Of a stretch of 64,000 nt of DNA, positions 30,521 to 39,978 are shown piece by piece (the stretch's first letter is position 1; every line of letters begins with the position of its first letter). The notes under the pieces were generated by a model that was given only the letters and a program-made list of their open reading frames with translations, was not told where the DNA came from and did not search any database. The translations under genes were made by a program, and so were the position numbers. Origin of the DNA: Bryobacterales bacterium (GTDB lineage: Bacteria; Acidobacteriota; Terriglobia; Bryobacterales; UBA6623); assembly GCA_963422375.2 (NCBI GenBank), contig OY729427.2, positions 864,001 through 928,000 on the forward strand, read 5' to 3'.

Positions 30521-31321
30521 ATGCCAACCGGATGCAATATCGAGGTCCTCGGGTCGGGGACCAGCGTGGGCGTGCCGACGATAGGATGCGGCTGCCGGGT
30601 ATGCACTTCGCCGGATCCCCGCGACCGGCGCCTGCGTCCGTCGGTCCTGGTCCGCTTCGAGTCGGACGGGACCGAGCGGAACGTGGTCGTGGACACGTCC
30701 CCCGACTTCCGCCAGCAGGCCCTCGCCGCCGCGTTCAGGCGCTTGGACGCCATCCTGTTCACACACGACCACGCGGATCACATCATGGGCCTCGACGACG
30801 TGCGCCCGTTCAACTACAGGCGCGCGGATCGCATCCCCGTGTACGCATCGCAGGGGACGATGCGGTCCCTGCTGCGCGTGTTTCCGTACGGTTTCGCCGG
30901 CGAGGGGTCGCATCCGGGCGGCGTTCCGCGTCTCGAGGGCCGCTCCGTCGTGGGGGATCAGCCGATCGACGTGCATGGCATGCGTTTCCAGCCCTTCGGG
31001 GTCCATCACGGCCCCAAGCGCATTCTGGGCTTCCGCTTCGGCCGGGCGGCCTACGTCACCGACCAGACCGGCTTCCCGTCCGAGTCCCTGCCGTGGCTCG
31101 AGGGCTTGGACGTGCTGTTCCTCGGGGCGCTGCGCCACGAGCCCCATCCGATGCACTCCACGGTGCGGGAGGCGCTCGACTGGGTCGAGCGGCTCCAGCC
31201 GGAACGGGCGTTCTTCACCCATATCTGCCACGACCTGCCGCACAAGGAGACGAGCCGCGCTCTGCCGGACGGCGTGGCCCTCGCCTACGACGGCTTGCGG
31301 ATCGCCGTGAAGAACAGCTGA
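30521..31321 (+). CDS. MBL-fold metallo-hydrolase (PhnP/YycJ-like)
   Basis: LGSGTSVGVPTIGCGCRVC, DTSPDFRQQ, THDHADHIMGLDD, THICH. Confidence 0.92.
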   Translation: MPTGCNIEVLGSGTSVGVPTIGCGCRVCTSPDPRDRRLRPSVLVRFESDGTERNVVVDTSPDFRQQALAAAFRRLDAILFTHDHADHIMGLDDVRPFNYRRADRIPVYASQGTMRSLLRVFPYGFAGEGSHPGGVPRLEGRSVVGDQPIDVHGMRFQPFGVHHGPKRILGFRFGRAAYVTDQTGFPSESLPWLEGLDVLFLGALRHEPHPMHSTVREALDWVERLQPERAFFTHICHDLPHKETSRALPDGVALAYDGLRIAVKNS

Positions 31322-31329
31322 GACCCGGA

Positions 31330-32313
31330 ATGGAAGGACACCGGCATGGCCGCGGGGCGGCTCCGGGCAGCGGCGGGCGCGCCTCTGTGACGATCGGAAA
31401 CTTCGACGGCGTCCACCTAGGGCACCGGGCGATCCTGCGGGCCGCCGCCGCCGCGGCGCGCCGGCGCCGCATCGACTCGGTGGCGGTCACATTCGATCCC
31501 CACCCGCTGCAGGTCGTCGCTCCCGGGCATGCTCCGCCGTCGCTCACGGGCATCGGGCACCGGGCGGAACTCATTCGCGAGCAGGGCATTGACCGAGTGG
31601 AGGTCCTGCCATTCACCGAGCGGATGGCGAGGCTGTCGCCGGGGGAGTTCGCCGAGAGCGTGCTGGCCGCCCGGCTCGGGGCCGCCCATGTGGTCGTCGG
31701 GCCCGACTTCCGATTCGGGAGGGGCCAGTCAGGCGACGCATCGGTCCTGCGCACGCTCGGAGGCAGGCTGGGCTTCGACCTCGCGGTCGCCGGCACCGTT
31801 GTAGTCGACGGCGAGCCCGTGAGCAGCACGAGGGTTCGCGCGCTGGTGCGGCAAGGGCTCGTAGAGCGGGCGCGCGCCCTGCTGGGACGCGACTTCTGCC
31901 TGCGGGGGCCGATCGTCCGAGGCGCCGGCATCGGATCGCGGAAGACCGTCCCGACGCTGAATCTAGCCCCGGAGAGCCAAGTGCTGCCGGCGGACGGCGT
32001 CTATATCACGGCCTCGCTCCCGGACTTTCGGGGCAACTGCCGACCGTCGATCACGAACGTGGGCATGCGCCCAACGTTCGGCGGCCGCCGCCGCACCGTC
32101 GAGACGTACCTGCTGGGCGTTGTGGGAGACGAGCCCCCGGAAGCGATAGAATTAAGGTTCCTGCGAAAGATTCGGGACGAGCGCAAGTTCCCGTCGGCCG
32201 AGACGCTGAGGGAGCAGATCCGCGCCGACATCGAAGTCGCCGAGCGCTTCTTCCGGGATTCGGGCGCACTGTCCCAAGACGGCCCCGAACCGCAGGCTAG
32301 AGAGGATTCATGA
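31330..32313 (+). CDS. ribF: Bifunctional riboflavin kinase / FAD synthetase
   Basis: IGNFDGVHLGH, TFDPHP, VSSTRVR, PTLN, GVY, NVGMRPTF, IRDERKF. Confidence 0.95.
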   Translation: MEGHRHGRGAAPGSGGRASVTIGNFDGVHLGHRAILRAAAAAARRRRIDSVAVTFDPHPLQVVAPGHAPPSLTGIGHRAELIREQGIDRVEVLPFTERMARLSPGEFAESVLAARLGAAHVVVGPDFRFGRGQSGDASVLRTLGGRLGFDLAVAGTVVVDGEPVSSTRVRALVRQGLVERARALLGRDFCLRGPIVRGAGIGSRKTVPTLNLAPESQVLPADGVYITASLPDFRGNCRPSITNVGMRPTFGGRRRTVETYLLGVVGDEPPEAIELRFLRKIRDERKFPSAETLREQIRADIEVAERFFRDSGALSQDGPEPQAREDS

Positions 32314-33338
32314 GGATTCGATACTCCGTCGCCAAGCGCGAGCACATGCAAGCCCTGTCCACGGACGACGGGATCATCGCCGCGGCCGCCATGGACCAGC
32401 GGGGGTCGCTGAAGAAGGCGATCGGCAAGGGCAAGGGCATCCCTGCGAGCGACGTCACCCACGAGATGATGTCCGAGTTCAAGCTGAGCGTGTCGAAGGT
32501 GCTGACCCCGCACGCGAGCGCCATCCTGCTGGATCCGATCTGGGGCATCCCGGCAGCGAGGGCGCGGGCCGCGCGCACGGGCCTGCTCATGTCGTACGAG
32601 AAGAGCGGCTACGACAACACGCAGCCGGGCCGCATGGCCGACCTGATCCCGAATCTCTCCGTGGATCGGATTACCGAGATGGGCGCCAACGCCATCAAGG
32701 TCCTGCTCTACTACACGCCGTTCGAGAAGCCGGCGATCAACGATGTCAAGCACGCGCTCATCGAGAGGATCGGTGCGGAGTGCGCCGCATTCGGCGTGCC
32801 GTTCTTCCTCGAATTCGTCGGATACGATCCGGACGGTGGCGACGAAAAGGGCTTCAAGTTCGCCAAGCGCAAGCCCGAGGTCGTCGCGGCGAGCATGCGC
32901 GAGTTCTCGAAGCGGCAGTACGGAGTGGACGTGCTGAAAGTCGAGGTGCCGGTGAACATGAAATTCGCGGCCCGCTCGAAGGCGTTCGAGGGCCCGAGGG
33001 CGTACACGAAGGGCGAGGCGATGGACCACTTCCGCGCGGCGGCGGCGGCGGCGGGCCGCCCCTTCATCTACCTCAGCGCCGGCGTGTCCAACGAAGTCTT
33101 CACCGAGTCGCTAGAGTGGGCGGCGGAAGCCGGTGTGAACTTCTCGGGCGTCCTGTGCGGCCGGGCCACCTGGCAGGACGCCATCCCGATCTACTGCGAG
33201 CGGGGCGTTAGCGCGCTCGAGGACTGGCTGGCGGACAAGGGCGTCGAGAACATCGGGCACATCAACCGCTGCCTGGAGCGGGCCACGCCGTGGTTCCGCT
33301 TCTACGGGGCCGACAGCGCCGAGGCCCTCTCGGCATAG
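32310..33338 (+). CDS. lacD: Tagatose-1,6-bisphosphate aldolase (class I, LacD family)
   Basis: AAAMDQRGSL, SAILLDP, YEKSGY, DVLKVEVP, PFIYLSAGV, GVLCGRATW. Confidence 0.88.
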   Translation: MRIRYSVAKREHMQALSTDDGIIAAAAMDQRGSLKKAIGKGKGIPASDVTHEMMSEFKLSVSKVLTPHASAILLDPIWGIPAARARAARTGLLMSYEKSGYDNTQPGRMADLIPNLSVDRITEMGANAIKVLLYYTPFEKPAINDVKHALIERIGAECAAFGVPFFLEFVGYDPDGGDEKGFKFAKRKPEVVAASMREFSKRQYGVDVLKVEVPVNMKFAARSKAFEGPRAYTKGEAMDHFRAAAAAAGRPFIYLSAGVSNEVFTESLEWAAEAGVNFSGVLCGRATWQDAIPIYCERGVSALEDWLADKGVENIGHINRCLERATPWFRFYGADSAEALSA

Positions 33339-33339
33339 G

Positions 33340-34464
33340 CTAGGCCGCGGGCTGCGAGCGACGCAGCCCGCCGAATTCGAGCAAGGCGCGCTCGTCGGCT
33401 GGATCCAGCGAGCCGTCGGGCAGGAGCGGGACGCGCAGCAGCAGGTTGGCGTCCCGCGAGGATGCTTCCCGGAGCGTCGCAAGCAGGTCTTGCGCGTCCG
33501 GCGGGCCCTCGGCGCCCGGCACCCGCAATGGACGGCCAATCTCGAGAGGCCTGCCGCCGGTCTCTATTCGCGTGCCGGTCGCGGCTCCGTCGACGCTGAC
33601 GAAGTCCTCGCCGCCGCTGGCACCGGGCCCGAAGCTCACCAGGCCCGCGGGCCGGGCCTCGCGCAGGACCGCGTAGGTCTGCTCCACGGGGAACAGGTCG
33701 GGCCTGGCACGGTAGCCCGCCAGGGGCTCCAGACGGATTCCGGCGAGCGCGTCGTAGCGATAGGCGATCTCCTGCAGCTGGCCGTGCGCGTACCGGACGT
33801 AGTAGAGGAAGTCCTCGTCGGTCTCGAACCGGTACTCAGGCTGGAGCTCGGCGTAGGCCGGGCGCGCCCCGCGCCAGTCGGTCCACGCCGTCTCGGCGGG
33901 GAAGAAGTAGGGATGACGCCAGTCCGCCGCGTAGGAGTACGACAGGACCAAGCCGATGCCGCTGCGGCTGCACGATTCCGACAGCTCGCCGACCAAGTCC
34001 CGCCCGCTGCTCTCCAAGCTATTGAACTCGGTCTCGACCGTCCGGAAGAGGCAGAACCCGTCGGCATGCCGCGCGGGCAGCCCCACATACTTCATGCCGC
34101 ACTCGACCGCCAGCCCGGCGAGCCGCTCGGCATCGAAGCCGCCGGGGTCGAAGGTCCGGTTCAGCTCGGCGTAGCGAGCGACCGGAATCCGCTCGTCGAA
34201 CTGCACGGACGGCCCGCGGCGCAACTGGGAGTACACTCCGTACTCTAGGAACAGGCCGCACGCGGCAGAGCGGAACCACGCCCGGGCCGCCCCGCTCGGT
34301 TCGGTAGATCGCCCATCCCGGAACGCATCCAGATGGGCCGGGATCTCGGCCTCGGGCGCGGCAACGGGCTCGGTGCAGGCCGCCGAACCGGCGGCAGCGG
34401 CAAGAAACACGCGCCGATGAATGCGTCGGCACGCAGTCTCCCGACGATTCCCAACGGACCTCAC
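33340..34464 (-). CDS. GH29 alpha-L-fucosidase-like lipoprotein with degenerate active site; start uncertain
   Basis: RRVFL Tat-like signal and SAAC lipobox; WF...GLFLEYGVYS, FDP..FDA, GMKY, RHADGFCLF, RDLVGEL, DWRHP, ANLLL. Confidence 0.75.
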   Translation of the reverse strand: MRSVGNRRETACRRIHRRVFLAAAAGSAACTEPVAAPEAEIPAHLDAFRDGRSTEPSGAARAWFRSAACGLFLEYGVYSQLRRGPSVQFDERIPVARYAELNRTFDPGGFDAERLAGLAVECGMKYVGLPARHADGFCLFRTVETEFNSLESSGRDLVGELSESCSRSGIGLVLSYSYAADWRHPYFFPAETAWTDWRGARPAYAELQPEYRFETDEDFLYYVRYAHGQLQEIAYRYDALAGIRLEPLAGYRARPDLFPVEQTYAVLREARPAGLVSFGPGASGGEDFVSVDGAATGTRIETGGRPLEIGRPLRVPGAEGPPDAQDLLATLREASSRDANLLLRVPLLPDGSLDPADERALLEFGGLRRSQPAA

Positions 34465-35063
34465 GGACTGCCTTCGGCGGTCAAGTCGATCAGCGCGCCT
34501 CAAGCCGTAGTTTAGACCGACTCGACCGGAGGGCGCGGCGCTCGGATGCCCCGTCCCTGATACCCAGCGTCGGGACGCGCGACGAGATTCGCCTCGCCGA
34601 ATCCCCCATCTCTCCGTATGTCCAGCCCCGCGCCCTTCCTCCGCCGGCAGACGCGTGCGCTCCGGCGGTTCAGTCGAAGTCCTGGCGCGAACGCGGCACT
34701 CGCGACCTGCGGAAGCATTCGACGTCATCGACCGACGCCTTGGGGAACAAGGGAAGAATTCCCCCAATTGTCGGCACTCTCGCATCCTAGGGAGCACTTC
34801 CTCCAGTCGAGAGAGGCCACATGACGATGCCGCGAGTGCGGGGACTCGCCGACATTACGTACAGCCCAACCCAATGGACGGAGCCTAGGAACGAGCTGAT
34901 TGAAGTGGACGAATGGGTGAGAAAAATCCCAAATGGATGCCGGCGGGGAGGTGCTTCTTCGAATTGATCCGATCTCAATTCCCGGCGGGACCGATCGATA
35001 CCGTGGCACGGGACGGAGGATTGGGCGGACGCCGATGAAGCGTCGGCGTGCTACGATGGCGGC

Positions 35064-36275
35064 ATGTTGCGAGTTGGGAGCGTCGCCATCGCGATTCTGT
35101 CGCTGCTGCCGGCCTGCGGCAACCCGCCGGAACAGCCGAGCGACTCTGCCAGCCCGCGCGTCGCGCGAGTGTTCGAGGCGGCGACCGGCGGATACGCCCA
35201 TTACCGGGTGCCGGCGATCGCGGTCTCGCCCGCCGGAACCGTCATGGTCGTCGTCGAGGCCAGGGCCAGCGAGCGCGGCGACTGGGGCCTGCAGGACATC
35301 CTCATGCGGAGGAGCTCCGACAGGGGCGAGACCTGGGACGCGCCGCGCAAGATCGTCCAGCTGCAAGATCCGCAGCCGCAGAACGAAGCGGCCATCGCCC
35401 AAGGCCTCGCTGCGGAGGGCGTGACGACCTACAACAACATCGTGCCGATCGTGGACCGAGAGGCCGGGACGGTGCATTTCCTGTTCTGCAGCGCGTACGC
35501 TAGGGCCTACTACATGCGCACCGAGGACGACGGCGAGACCTTCAGCCAGCCGGTCGAGATTACCGAGACATTCGAGCGCTTCCGTGACGAATACGACTGG
35601 AAGGTGATCGCGACCGGTCCCGGGCACGGGATCAAGCACTCGAGCGGGCGGCTGATCGTGCCCGTTTGGCTTTCCGACGGCACGGGCGGCCATGCCCACC
35701 GTCCGTCGATCGTCTCGACCGTCTACAGCGACGACGGCGGCGCGAGTTGGGAACGAGGCGATGTCGTCGTGCGGCACCCCGAACTGAAGAATCCTTCGGA
35801 GACGTTGGCTGCGGAGCTCTCGGACGGCTCCGTCATGCTCAACATCCGCAACGAGTCGCCGGAACACCGCCGGTCAGTGACCGTCGGGCCCGACGGCGCG
35901 ACGGGGTGGTCAGCCCTGCGCTTCGACGAGGCCCTGGTCGAGCCGATCTGCATGGGCAGCCTGCTGCGCGTCGGGGAGGCGCTGGTGTTCGCGAATCCCG
36001 ACAGCACCGAGCCGCGCGACCCGGCGAATCCGCTGGGCGGCTGGAAGCGGCAGAACCTGACCGTCAGGCTCAGCGAGGACGACGGGAGGACATGGCCGCA
36101 CAAGCGCGTCATCGAGCCGGGCGTGAGCGGGTACAGCGACCTGGCGGCGAGCGAGGACGGCACGGTCTACTGCGTCTACGAGGACGGCACGCCGAGCAAC
36201 CGGGGCACGCACGTGCAGTACGTCAGTGTCGCGCGCTTCGACCCGGACTGGATCCGGGAGCCGTCAGGCGAATAG
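35064..36275 (+). CDS. Sialidase-family (GH33) lipoprotein
   Basis: Lipobox LPAC, YRVP motif, Asp-boxes SSDRGETW, TEDDGETF, SDDGGASW, SEDDGRTW; GPGHG, SGYS. Confidence 0.9.
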   Translation: MLRVGSVAIAILSLLPACGNPPEQPSDSASPRVARVFEAATGGYAHYRVPAIAVSPAGTVMVVVEARASERGDWGLQDILMRRSSDRGETWDAPRKIVQLQDPQPQNEAAIAQGLAAEGVTTYNNIVPIVDREAGTVHFLFCSAYARAYYMRTEDDGETFSQPVEITETFERFRDEYDWKVIATGPGHGIKHSSGRLIVPVWLSDGTGGHAHRPSIVSTVYSDDGGASWERGDVVVRHPELKNPSETLAAELSDGSVMLNIRNESPEHRRSVTVGPDGATGWSALRFDEALVEPICMGSLLRVGEALVFANPDSTEPRDPANPLGGWKRQNLTVRLSEDDGRTWPHKRVIEPGVSGYSDLAASEDGTVYCVYEDGTPSNRGTHVQYVSVARFDPDWIREPSGE

Positions 36276-36332
36276 CGCAAAGGTCGCGCCGAAGGGCGCA
36301 AGGGCCCCAAGGCGGCGAGCGAGGGCCGGAAC

Positions 36333-37733
36333 TCAGACCGCGTCCCCGGCGGACCGGGCTGCGCGAGTCAGCTCCTCGAGAATCCCGGCGTTGCCGGAAT
36401 CGTCGATCACGTTCACGAACTCTCCCGGATCGTTTTCCAAGTCGAAGAGCTCGCTGCGCTCCCAGCTCAGGTAGTTCAGCTTCCAGCGGTCGGTGCGCAC
36501 CATGAGGATCGGCGGCTTGCCCACGAACCGGTCGTCCGCGGTAAACACCCGGCGACAGAAGTAATACTCCGAATAAGCGAATTCGCGCGCGGCATGGCGG
36601 GTCCCGAGCATGCTAGGCGCGAACGACCGGCCGTCGATTCCCTCGGGCGCAGCGAACCCGCAGAGCTCGGCCAGCGTCGGAAACAGGTCGACCTGCTCCA
36701 CGATGTGGTCGCGCGAGGAGCCGGCGCCGTGCCGCTCCGGCGTGCGCACCACCAAGGGCACGCGGACGGACTGCTCGTACATATTGTGCTTCGTCCACAT
36801 GCGGTGCGCGCCCGCCATCTCGCCGTGGTCGGAGGTATAGACCACCACGGTGTTCCTGTCGAGTCCGAGCTCGCGGAGGGTGTCGAACACGCGCCCGACG
36901 TTGGCATCCATCTGCGAGACGTTCCCGTAGTAGCCGCGGATCGCGTCGTGGAGCTCCTCATCCGTCTGCTGGTACCAGCCGCGCTCCCTCGCGCGGACCA
37001 AGTGACCGTGGAAACCGGTCTCGAGCGCGCGGGAGGAGCGTTCCGGGAGATCGAGCCGGACGCCGGAGTACCGATCCCAGTACCGCCGGTGCGGTACCAG
37101 CGGCGTGTGGGGCATGAAGAACGATGCCCACAGGCAGAAGGGCTGGTCGCGGTGCGCCCGCAGGAAGCGCACTGCCTCCTCGGAGTAGAAGGTGTCCCGG
37201 AACAGGCGCTCGGGCATGGCGGAGGGCCGGCCGGACGTGCCACCGCCCGCGCCTTGGTCCGCACGGAACTCCCGGACCTCCTCCCTAGTGAGTCGGGACT
37301 GGTAGGTTGCCGCGTTCACCCGATGCGCGAAGCCGTGCCGGCGCGATTCGTCGACGAAGTGCATCTTGCCGATCGCCGCCGTCGAGTAGCCGCGATCCGC
37401 GAAGAAATGGGCTACTGTGCGGGCGTCGCTAGGCAGGGGATCGCCGAGCACGCGGGCCCCGTGGCGGCTCGCGTAGCGCCCCGTGATGATCGAACCGCGG
37501 GACGGGACGCAGACCGGGGACTGGCAGTAGGCGCGCTCGAAGCGCACTCCCTCGGAAGCGATCTCGTCGATGTGCGGGGTCAGGGCCTGGTGGTGGCCGT
37601 AGCACCCCGACGCCGCGGCCTGGTGCTGGTCCGAGCAAAGGAACAGGACGTTGGCCTGCTTGGTCCGCGAGAACGCGAAGAACGGGCCGACCGAAGCCGC
37701 GGCCGCGGTGCGAATCGCCTGCCGCCTGTCCAC
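36333..37733 (-). CDS. Sulfatase (Cys-type, Tat-exported)
   Basis: DRRQAI; NVLFLCSDQH, CVPSR, GKMH, PHTP, TSDHGE. Confidence 0.93.
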   Translation of the reverse strand: MDRRQAIRTAAAASVGPFFAFSRTKQANVLFLCSDQHQAAASGCYGHHQALTPHIDEIASEGVRFERAYCQSPVCVPSRGSIITGRYASRHGARVLGDPLPSDARTVAHFFADRGYSTAAIGKMHFVDESRRHGFAHRVNAATYQSRLTREEVREFRADQGAGGGTSGRPSAMPERLFRDTFYSEEAVRFLRAHRDQPFCLWASFFMPHTPLVPHRRYWDRYSGVRLDLPERSSRALETGFHGHLVRARERGWYQQTDEELHDAIRGYYGNVSQMDANVGRVFDTLRELGLDRNTVVVYTSDHGEMAGAHRMWTKHNMYEQSVRVPLVVRTPERHGAGSSRDHIVEQVDLFPTLAELCGFAAPEGIDGRSFAPSMLGTRHAAREFAYSEYYFCRRVFTADDRFVGKPPILMVRTDRWKLNYLSWERSELFDLENDPGEFVNVIDDSGNAGILEELTRAARSAGDAV

Positions 37734-37788
37734 GGAAGCCCAATATACCAGCGAGCGGGCCGGGCCGGCAGGGAGGGAGGCGCCGCGG

Positions 37789-38949
37789 CTAGCGCCGCGC
37801 CCGGGCGAAGCAATAGACTTCGCCGCTGCGCGAGCCTATCACCAAGCGCCCGTCCGCGATCGCGGGCGACGCCACGACTCGCCCGCCTATCGCGAACTTC
37901 CACAGCAACGATCCGTCGCCGTGGTCGAGCGCGTAGAGGTTGCCGTCCATCGAGCCCACCCAGATCACGCCTCCGGCCAGGGCGGGCGAGGAGTCCACGC
38001 GGGAGCGGGTCTCGAACTCCCACTTCAGCTTCCCGGTCGCCTCGTCGATCGCATGCACGCGCTTGTCGCGCCCGCCGATCACGACAAGGCCACCGCTGAC
38101 CACCGGCGAGGAGAAGAACTCGAAGTCGGTCACCGGATGGTCGTAACGCCACGCGACCCGCCCCTCCTTCCAGTCGATGCGGAGGACCTCGTAGCCGAAG
38201 GTGCCCACGTAGGCCGACCCGCCGACGACAGCGGGCGACGCGGCCACGTAGTCCCGCATGTCGATCACCGCGTCCTCCTCCCCGGAGCGGATGTCGATGA
38301 CGCGGAACTGCCCGTCGCAGCCGGTGATGAACGTCCTGCCCCCGACAACCGCCGGGCTGGAGTTCACGCGGTCGTCCGTCTGGTACTTCCAGAGGACCTC
38401 GCCGGTCCTCGGATCGAACGCGTAGAGGTTGCTGTCGTACGATCCCACCAAGACGCTCTCGGCGCTGCAATGAGGCGACGAGAGAATCTCGGCGAACGTC
38501 TGGTAGGTCCACCTCGCCTCCCCGGTCTCGATGTCCACCGCGTGGAAGAAGCCCTCCTCGTCACCGAAGAAGACTGCGCCGGCGACGACGCAGCCCGAGG
38601 CGGGCACGCCGAGATTCGCCTGGTAGACCCACCTAGCCGTGCCCGTCGCGAGATCGACGGCATGGAAGCGCCCGTCCATCTCGCCGAAGTAGACGGTGCC
38701 GTCGACGATGATCGCCGTCGAATCGACCCCGCCCGGGGCCTCGTACACCCACTTGACCTCCAAGGGAGGATCGAAGGCCGAATCCGCGACCGAGTTCCGG
38801 TCGCTGTTACCGAGAAACAGCGGCCAGTCAGCGGAGTCCGACGGAAGAGCGCACAGTGCCGCGAGCGCCGCCGCGGTGGCGAAGCGACCGGCACCGGCCT
38901 GGCAAGTTGCTACAACGACTTGAAATAGCACCGGAGCAGCGCGAGGCAC
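37789..38949 (-). CDS. PQQ-like repeat beta-propeller protein; start uncertain
   Basis: DWPLFLG; repeats of SSP...G.V..GS.DG..YA.D..TG...W. Confidence 0.85.
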   Translation of the reverse strand: MPRAAPVLFQVVVATCQAGAGRFATAAALAALCALPSDSADWPLFLGNSDRNSVADSAFDPPLEVKWVYEAPGGVDSTAIIVDGTVYFGEMDGRFHAVDLATGTARWVYQANLGVPASGCVVAGAVFFGDEEGFFHAVDIETGEARWTYQTFAEILSSPHCSAESVLVGSYDSNLYAFDPRTGEVLWKYQTDDRVNSSPAVVGGRTFITGCDGQFRVIDIRSGEEDAVIDMRDYVAASPAVVGGSAYVGTFGYEVLRIDWKEGRVAWRYDHPVTDFEFFSSPVVSGGLVVIGGRDKRVHAIDEATGKLKWEFETRSRVDSSPALAGGVIWVGSMDGNLYALDHGDGSLLWKFAIGGRVVASPAIADGRLVIGSRSGEVYCFARARR

Positions 38950-38964
38950 CCTGCCTCGCCCTCT

Positions 38965-39927
38965 CTAGAAAGTAGCGATCGGGTTGAACGGGCTGCCGGT
39001 GCCGCCGCCGACCGCCATCGGCGCCGCCGTGACCAGAAACTCCCAGCGCTCTTGGCGGGCAGCCTCCTCCGCCACGTCCTCGAGGTCCAGGTTATCGAAT
39101 ATCGGCATGCCCATGGCGATTATGACCAGCTGGTGGATGGGCTGGCCGACGCCGTCCACCAGCGACGGCGAAACGTCGCTGGCCGCGTCGCTGCCGAGAA
39201 TCGCCGCGTCGCGATCCCTGAGCCACTTCGCGCACGACGCATGCAGGCCGGCCGACTTGGCCGAGACGTCCCACGGGCCGTCGCTGTCGCGCTTGGCCCA
39301 CCGCCCCGTTCGGATCAGGACGATGTCCCCGCCGCGCACCTTCGCCTTCGCCCGCTTCTCCCATGCGTCGAGATCCGCCGGATAGATCGGCGTGCCGGGC
39401 TCCAGCCAGTCGACCCCCTTCAGCCGCGCGATGTCCATCAGGACCGCGCGAGCGAAGATGCCTTCCTTGAAGTTCGTGACCGCCAGCTTGGGCGCGCCCT
39501 CCGCAACCACATCGGCCTGCGGGAAGCCATTGTACATCTTCCCTTCAAACGCCATGTGGCACAGGGAATCCATGTGCGTATGCGCGTATCCGTGATAGCT
39601 CACCCGGTAGTCGTCCGAGACGAACTGGCCGGGGTTGTTCAGCCCTACGTTGAGCATCTTGTGCTTGAACGGGCGGGGATTATCGACGGCGGTCTCCTTC
39701 TCCACGTCGCGAGCGAGCGAGACCGAGATGCCTTTCGTCACGAGTCTCGCCGCCGCCAAGCGGGTCTCTGGGGTGATCAGATTGATCGCGCCGAGCTGGT
39801 CGTCCTCGCCCCAGCGGCCCCAGTTCGAAAGCGATTCCATCCACGCGTCGACATCGGCTTTCGTCATGGAGGGCTGGCCGTACGCGCAAGCCAGCACCAG
39901 CGTCGGCAGCAGAAGCTTCTTCGTCAC
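38965..39927 (-). CDS. Cyclase (kynurenine formamidase-like) family exported protein
   Basis: NWGRWGEDDQLG, HTHMDSLCH, GDIVLIRTG, GTGSPFNP. Confidence 0.9.
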   Translation of the reverse strand: MTKKLLLPTLVLACAYGQPSMTKADVDAWMESLSNWGRWGEDDQLGAINLITPETRLAAARLVTKGISVSLARDVEKETAVDNPRPFKHKMLNVGLNNPGQFVSDDYRVSYHGYAHTHMDSLCHMAFEGKMYNGFPQADVVAEGAPKLAVTNFKEGIFARAVLMDIARLKGVDWLEPGTPIYPADLDAWEKRAKAKVRGGDIVLIRTGRWAKRDSDGPWDVSAKSAGLHASCAKWLRDRDAAILGSDAASDVSPSLVDGVGQPIHQLVIIAMGMPIFDNLDLEDVAEEAARQERWEFLVTAAPMAVGGGTGSPFNPIATF

Positions 39928-39978
39928 GCCAACAGCTTAGCAGGACGCTCGCAACGGCCGTCCCCTCGCGCCCCGGGT

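Noticed and set aside
29801..32313. Apparent long N-terminal extensions on the ATPase, MBL hydrolase and ribF ORFs (also rodA, thiolase, GH29)
   Set aside because: Extensions overlap neighbouring real genes; true starts are downstream, so these are not fusions.
38941..38959. 8-bp hairpin GCGAGGCA-CCC-TGCCTCGC
   Set aside because: Single short hairpin after the cyclase stop; not repeated, so not a REP family.
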